DNA from: Eledone cirrhosa
Taxonomy: Eukaryota
NCBI GenBank assembly: GCA_964016885.1
Contig: OZ024747.1
Span: 25,482,001 to 25,546,000 of the forward strand
Reading direction: 5' to 3'
Length of the DNA: 64,000 bases
Under the pieces are notes generated by a model. That model did no database searches, had not been told where the DNA came from, and saw nothing but the letters and a program-made list of their open reading frames with translations. The position numbers were made by a program, and so were the translations under genes. Numbering within the stretch: the first letter of the stretch is position 1; every line of letters begins with the position of its first letter. Shown piece by piece: positions 53,701 to 64,000 of this stretch.

Positions 53701-55502
53701 CGAAAAAAATAAATATTAGCACATCAACAAACAAGCATTTTATGGCCATTTCCCCTGCTAAAACATGGGTTATTCTTGAAAGCCCTATGACATGCTTCTC
53801 CACTTTGCTTTTCATTCACCCTGCCACCAAACCTAGCTTTAAATTCCTCCTCCATCATCCCTAACCATGTCTTTTTTGGTCTTCCCCTTCTATGTCCCTC
53901 TCATCCAGTCATTTTCATCCTTCCCCAACACATGACTCAACCATATTGTTTCATTTCTCTTTACAACATTCATTACTGGCTTTATTTTTATCACTCATCT
54001 CCTCCAGTCACTTTCATCCTTCCTCAACACATGACCCAACCATCTCACTCCATTTCTCTTCACAGTATTCATCACTGGCTCTATTCCCATCACTTTTCTG
54101 TAATTCAACAACAGAATTTCTACATTATGAATCATCTTTTAATGGCAGAGCAACAGCTTCTGTTACATCTAGACCTATTTTTATATGTACCTCCAACACT
54201 TCACGAAGGCTGCTTCTCTCAATACAAATATTTCACAAGAATCATAGTAAACAACAATTTTCCAAGCTAGATATCTACTGTCTGCTTTCTAATGAATTGC
54301 AAAATAAGAAAGCATTCAGCCACATTACATAACTTGTACCCATGAAACAAACACTACAATATATTCACTAAGTTAGAATCAACAAGTTAAGAACTATGTT
54401 GATGAAGAGAAAGATTCTGTCTGAACTAGCAGTGATGGAAGCCTCTATATTATTTCTCAAAGTGGGGCATGGTAATATTTTGGTGGAATGTGGCACTTCA
54501 GAATGAGTCATTTATGCTATGTTATATACTTACTTTGCCTGATCATGGTGGGCAAACATTTGTTTTGAACATTGAAGTAGGACATGGGAGAAAAACGGTT
54601 GAGAAATACAGCTCTACATGATTGTTCAACCTCTTGTAGAAATAGCACCTAAATATCTCCTTTAAATCACACTCTACACTCTTAACAGTAAACTGATGCA
54701 CTATGTTTGAGAATATGCTGGGATGGCATTAGCTGGATCACCTTTGACCATAGGTCACTTGGGTCACTGCTGACTAGGACTAAACAATGATAAATACTTA
54801 TTTTATTTACAGCGATGGATTTGCCATTGATTTCAATGGAGAACATTCAGTTGTTTGATCAACTTGGCATCCAACTTGTGAATTAATGTGTAAATGGTTG
54901 AGTATTCCATAGACACATGAACTCTTGATATAATGTTAAGGCAGAATCAGCATGACACAATATGTAATAATCTTGTACCTTTGAATAATAAGTGCAGTTG
55001 AAATGAAGTATCTTGCTCAAGAAGATAACACATCACCAGATCTAGGAATTGAACCCACAACCTTATGATCCAGAGTCCAACACCCTAACCCTTAGGTTAT
55101 GCATCTTCACATGACCTTGGAGGAACATGAAGTTAGAAACTGTCAAATACAGAACTTGATATGTATACAAAGTGTGTGCATGTGTGTATGTATTTGTGTG
55201 TGTGTATACACACACACACACACATACACACACACAATGTGGCTGTTTTTCTATGTGTGCCAAATCCATTACCATGAAATTGAATACAAACTGACAGGTA
55301 AAGTGCAAATATCTATCAGAGTAATGAACTATAGCTAAATCAGGAGTTGAAGCAAAGTTATTGATCTCTTGAAGAAACCAAAATCTTAAAAGTAAATAAA
55401 TAATAAATATATATTAAAAAAAAAAGTAAATCATTCAGCTTTCTGAATAATTTGAAATGTTTGAATGAAATAGAGCTTGAGAAGATTCCATCACACACAC
55501 TG

Positions 55503-56010
55503 TCAGCTTCCCTCTAGCTATAACTTCATGTTTATCTTATGTATCCCCAGCTTCACTCCAGGTATAACTTCATATAATTACCCCCAGCTTCACTCCAGGT
55601 GTAACTTTATATAATTACCCCCAGCTTCACTCCAGATATAACTTCATATAACTTACTCCCAGCTTCACTTAACCCCATAACTTCAGAAGGTAAACATATG
55701 AAGTTATAGCTAGAGGTAAGCTGACAGTGTATGTGAAGGAATCTTCTCAAGCTCTATTTCATTCAAACATTTCAAATCCAGGTATTACATACACTCCCAG
55801 CTTCCCTCCATGTATAACTTCATATAATTACTCTCAGTTTCCCTCCAGGTATAACACTTATCATCAGCTTCCCTCCAGGTATAACATGTATCATAAGCTA
55901 CACTCCAGGTATAACATGTATCATAAGCTACACTCCAGATATAAAACACTTAATGTCAGTTTTACTTCAGGTATAACACATAACTTCAGATTTACTCCAG
56001 GTATCACTTC
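55503..56010. repeat. Minisatellite CAGCTTCACTCCAGGTATAAC..., units 30-37 bp, interrupted by an inverted duplication
   Basis: Direct reading. Confidence 0.88.
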
Positions 56011-56218
56011 ATTCATTTAACTTTTCAAATGAAGATGTACAAAGTCATGGACACAGACATAGATATAGCTTAACCCTTTAGCATTTAAACTAGCCATAAT
56101 TCTCTCACTTCTTACTGTTTAAACCAACCATAACTGGCTACTTATACTGACGTTAAGGTATTATTGTTCTCAAAATAAATAACATCAAATCTCATAGATT
56201 TGATAGTATGTGAGATAA

Positions 56219-57356
56219 TTATAATAATAATAATAATGAAATTATTGTGTAAAGTGCTCAGGTGCACTACAACTCATCAATATAGTACATAGAATAATAC
56301 ACAAATGTCAGGGAAGTACATGTGTGTATGTGTTAGCTGTAGTGTTGGCGGATCTCGGGAAGCATGGAGGCCTTAAAGGATGCAGTGTCTCGACAGCTAA
56401 CAACTGATGCAGGTAGTTTGTTCCATGCTTCAGCAACTCTGAGCATGAAAAAATGTTTCCGAATGTCATGGGAACTGTGCTGTTTTCTTACTTTGTAGGC
56501 ATGTCCACGTGTGTTAGACACATGGAAATCGAAAAGGTACTCAGGGTTGTTGTTGGCAACATGGTTAACAATTTTGTGGGTGTTTACCAAGTCAGTTGCC
56601 AGGGAAGCAAGGCGCTCAGAGTATGGTAGATGCCTGATGGAGGGTATTCGCTTGGTTGCACGTCTCTGAACAGTTTCCAGGCGGTCAATGTCCTGAGCAA
56701 GATAGGGGTTCCAGACTGGTGATGCAAATTCTAAGTGTGGTCGCACCATAGCTGTATACAGCCTTAAATAGATATCTGGAGAGCGGCTGACAAAGGTCTT
56801 GCTGAGTGATGCTAAGACACCCTCGGCCCTCTTGACAATTTTAGAGACGTGCCTCGTCCAACGCAAATCGCTGCTGACCGTAATGCCCAGGTCACATTCA
56901 CAGGAAAACTTCTTGATATTAGTGCTGTGGAGGGAGTATGTGGATGCTGGGTTTTTACTCCCAAAATGCATGGTGGTGCACTTGTCCACAGCTAGCTTGA
57001 GTTGCCAGTCTGAGATCCACTGTTGCATTGTGTCCAGGTCAGACTGCAAGCAAGATCTATAGTGTTCAGGATCTGTCCTTTTTATCTCAAGGTACAGCTT
57101 GATGTCGTCTGCATACTTTAGTACTGTGGCATTCCTTAAGTTGGCATCTATGTCATTAATATATGCCACAAACAAAAGGGGGCCAAGAACAGATCCCTGT
57201 GGTACACCAGATGACATCTCATATGGTGAGGAATGCTGTCCCAGAACTGTGACTACCTCTCTTCGACTGAGAATGAAGGACTTCAACCAGTTAAAAAAAT
57301 CATCCTTCACACCCATTGCAGAGAGTTTTGCCATAAGCATTTTGTGTGGTACAGTA
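56219..57356 (-). mobile_element. 5'-truncated CR1-clade LINE (RT and C-terminus; ORF 56333-57340)
   Basis: Motifs TVPH, SGVPQGSVLGPLLF, KYADD, DLGITV, VRPHLEFASPVWNPY, VQRRATK, TRGH, WNKLP. (ATT)n tail. TSD AGATAA at 56213-56218 and 57357-57362. Confidence 0.9.
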
Positions 57357-57934
57357 AGATAAAGCCTTTACCATAAAAATGCAATAGTATATATAGAGTA
57401 ATGTAAATGTTAAAGGGTTAACAGTGACATGGTTAGAAGAAGTAACTAGAAAAACAACCAAATCACCTCATTAGGGTGATGGGAGGGAGAGAGAGTGAGG
57501 AGGAGAGGGAGAAAAGAAGAAATCGAGAGAGAGAGATAGAAGAGGAAGGAGGGAGAGAGATATGGGGAAAAGATAGAGAGAGGGAATTGGATAGAGAGAG
57601 AGAGAGTAGTGTTAGAGGGGATAAGCAGAGAGAGAGGGGGAGGGAGGGAGAAAGAAAGAAAGACAGAAGGGTTAGATAGAGACAAGGGAAAAGAGATAGA
57701 AAGAAAAAACAAAATAAATATATGAATAGTTATTTAATAATAACTCCATAACTAGATATAAGAAGCCGAAACTGGAAGATGAAGATGGTGAATATGAAGA
57801 ATATAGTTCCAAATTGATTACATATGTTATACTGTAACACTTCCATATTATATTGCAATGGGATTAGAAACTGCACCACCACCACCACCATCACTATCAT
57901 AGTGATAATGATGGTGGCAGTGGTAGTATTGGTG

Positions 57935-58015
57935 TGTGTGCATGTGCGTGTGTGTGTGTATATATATATACACATACACACATAAATACACATACACACA
58001 CACATCTATATATAG

Positions 58016-58088
<73 letters not shown>

Positions 58089-58522
58089 TGTATATATGTG
58101 CGTGTGTGTGTATGTGTATATGTGTGTGTGTATATGTGTGTGTGTATATGTGTGTGTATATATGTGCGTGTGTGTGTGTATGTGTATATATGTGCGTGTG
58201 TGTGTGTATGTGTATGTGTATATATGTGCGTGTGTGTGTGTATATGTGCGTGTGTGTGTATATGTGTGTGTATATATGTGCGTGTGTGTGTGTATGTGTG
58301 TATATATGTGTGTATGTGTATATGTGTGTATGTGTATATGTGTATGTGTGTGTGTGTATGTGTGTGTATATATGTGCGTGTGTGTGTGTGTGTATGTGTA
58401 TATGTGTGTGTGTGTGTGTATGTGTGTGTATATGTGTGTGTATATATGTGCGTGTGTGTGTGTATGTGTATATGTGTGTGTGTGTGTATTTATGTATGTA
58501 TGTGTGTGTATATAGACACACA

Positions 58523-58559
<37 letters not shown>

Positions 58560-58562
58560 ATA
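57935..58562. repeat. Compound (TG)/(TA) microsatellite
   Basis: Direct reading. Confidence 0.97.
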
Positions 58563-61561
58563 TATCAAGGAGGAAAGGGTTTTACTCAAGAGACATTGCA
58601 GACTAAAATATCTTTCCTAAAGAATTAAAAAAAAGAAAAGTTCCATTCTATGTTGTTGTTGTTGTTGTCACAGATAATTGATTAAAGGTGTTTTATTTAA
58701 TGTAACTTAATATATGCTATTACCACTGTTGCTACTGATGCTACTGATGATGATGATGATGATAATGATGACTGATACATATATGTGTGTGTGTGTGTGC
58801 TGATAGTGTAGATAGTGACAGTGGTGGAGAAAGTAGAGTGGTGATGATGATGGTGATGATATTGGTTTCTGATTTAGGCACAGGGCCAACAATTTGGAGG
58901 GGAGGGGAAAGTCGATTAAATTGACCCCAGTGCATTACTGGTACTTTATTTTATCGACGCTGTAAGGATGAAAGGCAAAGCTAACCTCGGCAGGTTTGAA
59001 CACAGATTGTAAAGGGTGGTAACTTTATGCCATAAAGCATGTTGTCCAATGTTCTACCAATACTGCCAATCCACCACCAAATGATGGTGATGATATTGTT
59101 GCTAACAATGATTACATTACTCAATATCTTGCTGTTACTCTACTACTACTACCACTAAATAATGATAATAGTGATTTCTAATTTAGGTACAAGGCCAGTA
59201 ATTTTGAGGGGAGAGGAAAAAACCAATTAAATCAACCTTAGTACTCGACTGATACTTTATTTTATTGAGCCCCAGGATCAATGTAGGACAATGTTGCAGA
59301 GCCTTTGCAAAAAAAAAAACAAAAAAAAAATTGTGAGCTTAGCTGACAAGGTTGTATCTCATGTTTTTCAGGTGTTTTAATGATAGTGGCTCAATTCCTA
59401 TCATGAAAAGCAGCATGAAATGAAGCATTTTGCTCAAGAACATAATGTGGTGTTCGGTCAAGGAATTGAACACACAGCCTTATAATCATGAGTCCAACAT
59501 CCTAACAACTAGGCCATGAACTTCCACTATAGAATTTATAATTATAGCTATAAGCAGAATATATAAAGTTAAATAACAGAACTTAGTGCAACACCACAGA
59601 ATGTAATCAAATTAATTCAAAGTTAAACAAATAGAACAACATTAATCTTTTTTAGACCAAACCACCTCTGGTTCTGTGAAACAAAGCTGTTTATTTAAAA
59701 ACCATCGACCATAATTTTATGTAAGAACCTTTGTTAAGTTATGTTCCAGCTTACTAATGAGAAAGTGTTTAACATAAAATAAAATAAATGCTTTTCAATA
59801 ATATAAATGTTTTGGAGTTTTTTTTTTTTACTTGATTCATTTACCTTTTTCCATTATCATATTTCTAATGAAGCACATTACCTCTGTTTCAATTAATTTT
59901 GAAAATAACCAAACACTTGGCAGAATTCAATAAAATAGCTATGTTTTGCAGGAGTAAGCCAATATTTAGAACATTACTTAAGAAAAATTTCTAAAATAAA
60001 ATTACGATGAAAGGTTTTAATATAAAGATAAATATTTTTTAAATTAGCTAATTTGTATCATAAATGGCAGTTTCAGAAGGTTTGGTATTAAATGGGTTAA
60101 GAAAGTAAAAACATTTATTGTGTAAAATCTTGCACTAAGGCAAATTTCTGTTTTAGTGAAGGGAACTCCCATTTCTTTGTATTAATATAATCCACCCTGT
60201 AAGGTGGAAGCGCTGGTGCCACGATAAACTGCTCCCAGTCCATACTGAAAAGTGGTTGGCGTTCAAAAGGGTGTCCAGTAATAGAAACCATACCAAAAAT
60301 GGAATGTATTACCAGTCTAACCATGAAACATTACAACCCATCTAACCCATGAAAGCATGAAAAAGTAGTCATTAAACAGTAATGATCATGATAGTCACTT
60401 TAAGTTACTGCAAAAATGAGACTTGTTTTCAATACTAAAATTTTAAAGCTTGTTAACTAAAGATTGATAAGAAATGAAATGAGATGAGATTAACAGCTCA
60501 CACCTATGAAGGTTTAACTAGCCTCCAACAAGGTTATATCTCATTTGGAGGTGTTTTAATGATAGGCACCTCAGTTCAATCATGTTCTTGTCACAGCTCT
60601 CACCTCGGTAGGTTTAGCTGGCCTCACATCAGTTTGTATCTTATAGGAGGTTCCTTAAGTGTTTTAATAATAGAGACCTCAGCCCTATCATGAAAAGCAA
60701 CATGAAATTAAACATCTTGCTCAGAAAAACAATGTATAATGATCACCTGATTCAGGAATCGAACCTGTGACAATATGATTATGAATTCAACACCCTAACC
60801 ATTAAGCCATGCACTTTCACAAATAGCAATTGATAAAGAAAAGAAGAAATGTTTGTATGCTATGTCACATATTCAATGAAATCAGCAGACTGGATGAAAT
60901 GAAGTCGTAGCCTGGATTTGGCCCTCTGGGCCATAGTTTTCCAACCCCTGATCAATTTAGATACCAAGTTACAGTATGGAGAGTGATTACTAAGATATCA
61001 GATACTTATTCAGAAAATGGAATTACACCGAGTTACTGAATCCTTTCAACGCATATCAACATAAAAATTGGATATTAAATCAATAATGATGCTGATGATA
61101 AGGAAAGATAAAAATATATCTGGAACACACACAAGTTGTATTGAGTTTGTATGTCTCTACCTACGCCATAAAGTTTGTTCAGCTAGAACTGATAAGGAAT
61201 ACAAATCAAACAAAAGATATATCTATTGGGAGGGATCCATCTTGTTCCTTGCTTGAACCAACCTACTTACTTCTACACCTGCCTACTCACATCCCTCACT
61301 CCATACCTACTTACAACTCAGTAGCAGACACTGCCCCATGGCAGAGTAATAATTCCAAGTGTATTTCCAGTAAATAATAATAATAATAATAATGATATGG
61401 AAATAAAATTATATACAATGAAAGAAACACAAGCACATACCCGTGAAACCATAGAATAAATACATGGAGCATGTATTTAGACACACAGATAGAATATGTA
61501 TAGATACAAACATGTGGAACATTATACACATGCACAAGGAGCATTATATAGACACACATTA

Positions 61562-61750
61562 GGGCGGTGGATTGGCAGTATCGGTAGAGGGTCGGACGCC
61601 ATGCTTTCCAGCATAGTTACGTCCCTTTACGATCTGAGTTCAAATCCCGCCGAGGTTGACTTTGCCTTTCATCCTTACGGGGTCGATAAAATAAAGTACC
61701 AGTAATGCACTGGGTAATTGCTGGCCTTGTGCCTAAAGTAGAAACAATTA
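61562..61750 (+). mobile_element. tRNA-derived SINE with a GCCTTTCATCCTTACGGGGTCGATAAAATAAAGTACC core (Nin/Deu-like domain), young copy
   Basis: A-box-like TGGCAGTATCGG and B-box GAGTTCAAATCC; CpGs retained. Related copies at about 93-290, 2974-3082, 4107-4522, 7358-7502, 10143-10285(-), 27890-28100(-), 28400-28700(-), 29525-29690(-), 33785-34010, 39866-40070, 58862-59078(-). The domain name is from memory. Confidence 0.8.
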
Positions 61751-61821
61751 TATAGACACACATTCACACAAACATGACTGAAAAAAAAAAAGAATAAAAT
61801 AGAGCTACAGGACATGTACTC

Positions 61822-64000
61822 GTATAAATGCTTAACACATATATACATGGTTTAATACACATGTACACATATATACATGGTTTAATACACATGTACACAT
61901 ATATACATGGTTTAATACACACGTACACATATATACATGGTTTAATACACATGTACACATATATACATAGTTTAATACACACGTACACATATATACATGG
62001 TTTAATACACACGTACACATATATACATAGTTTAATACACATGTACACATATATACATGGTTTAATACACACGTACACATATATACATAGTTTAATACAC
62101 ACGTACACATATATACATGGTTTAATACACATGTACACATATATACATGGTTTAATACACATGTACACATATATACATAGTTTAATACACATGTACACAT
62201 ATATACATGGTTTAATACACACGTACACATATATACATGGTTTAATACACACGTACACATATATACATGGTTTAATACACACGTACACATATATACATAG
62301 TTTAATACACATGTACACATATATACATAGTTTAATACACATGTACACATATATACATAGTTTAATACACATGTACACATATATACATAGTTTAATACAC
62401 ATGTACACATATATACATGGTTTAATACACACGTACACATATATACATGGTTTAATACACACGTACACATATATACATAGTTTAATACACACGTACACAT
62501 ATATACATGGTTTAATACACATGTACACATATATACATAGTTTAATACACATGTACACATATATACATGGTTTAATACACACGTACACATATATACATGG
62601 TTTAACACACATATACACATATATACATAGTTTAATACACATGTACACATATATACATGGTTTAATACACACGTACACATATATACATAGTTTAATACAC
62701 ATGTACACATATATACATGGTTTAATACACACGTACACATATATACATAGTTTAATACACATGTACACATATATACATAGTTTAATACACATGTACACAT
62801 ATATACATAGTTTAATACACATGTACACATATATACATAGTTTAATACACATGTACACATATATACATGGTTTAATACACACGTACACATATATACATGG
62901 TTTAACACACATGTACACATATATACATGGTTTAATACACATATAAAAGCTTAATACATAGTTTAATACACATGCACACATATATACATGGTTTAACACA
63001 CATGTACACATATATACATAGTATAATACACACGTACACATATATACATAGTATAATACACACGTACACATATATACATGGTTTAATACACACGTACACA
63101 TATATACATAGTATAATACACACGTACACATATATACATAGTATAATACACATGCACACATATATACATGGTTTAACACACATGTACACATATATACATA
63201 GTATAATACACACGTACACATATATACATGGTTTAATACACACGTACACATATATACATAGTTTAATACACACGTACACATATATACATAGTTTAATACA
63301 CACGTTCACATATATACATAGTTTAATACACACGTACACATATATACATAGTATAATACACACGTACACATATATACATGGTTTAATACACACGTACACA
63401 TATATACATGGTTTAATACACACGTACACATATATACATGGTTTAATACACACGTACACATATATACATGGTTTAATACACACGTACACATATATACATA
63501 GTATAATACACATGTACACATATATACATGGTTTAATACACACGTACACATATATACATAGTTTAATACACATGTACACATATATACATAGTTTAATACA
63601 CATGTACACATATATACATGGTTTAATACACACGTACACATATATACATAGTATAATACACACGTACACATATATACATAGTATAATACACACGTACACA
63701 TATATACATGGTTTAACACACATGTACACATATATACATAGTTTAATACACATGTACACATATATACATGGTTTAATACACATATAAAAGCTTAATACAT
63801 AGTTTAATACACATGCACACATATATACATGGTTTAACACACATGTACACATATATACATAGTATAATACACACGTACACATATATACATAGTATAATAC
63901 ACACGTACACATATATACATGGTTTAATACACACGTACACATATATACATAGTATAATACACACGTACACATATATACATAGTATAATACACATGCACAC
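61822..64000. repeat. 30-bp tandem satellite (AYGTACACATATATACATRGTWTAATACAC) with higher-order structure, runs off the window end
   Basis: About 70 near-identical units. Phase-break motif ATATAAAAGCTTAATACAT at 62941 and 63782, with a variant at about 61822. Confidence 0.97.

Noticed and set aside
53892-54332. 146-aa Ser/His-rich ORF
   Set aside because: Built on a degenerate duplication of about 100 bp of pyrimidine-rich sequence, with no protein motif.
61764-64000. Long repetitive ORFs (MCTCVLNHVY)n, or a CRISPR-like array
   Set aside because: A 30-bp tandem satellite with no unique spacers, open on both strands because the unit is a multiple of 3 and mostly stop-free. Eukaryotic context with no cas genes.

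Overview
Eukaryotic, AT-rich, repeat-dense genomic DNA. The SINE/RTE/microsatellite make-up suggests an octopus (coleoid cephalopod); that is inference. One host gene is visible: the 5' part of a PTPN3/PTPN4 (PTP-MEG) FERM-domain tyrosine phosphatase on the minus strand, with five phase-consistent GT-AG exons between 26204 and 3522. Its 3' part probably lies left of the window, and an unidentified upstream exon is implied. The rest is intronic or upstream DNA containing an RTE-clade LINE with an uninterrupted 1031-aa ORF (APE + RT with an inserted PHD finger), a 5'-truncated CR1, a mariner relic, a probable non-autonomous Helitron, two TTAA/CCCT piggyBac-like MITE families, several tRNA-derived SINE families, and micro-/minisatellites. 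The most interesting signal is a set of type I hammerhead ribozyme motifs embedded in (TA)n tracts. Two near-identical copies lie 613 nt apart (12111-12177 and 12724-12790) in the host gene's sense orientation, in a retrozyme/Penelope-like arrangement. A third structure-conserved but sequence-divergent copy lies at 50638-50703, and two degenerate relics are also present. Most long ORFs in the track are microsatellite artefacts. Repeat boundaries were read by eye and are approximate.
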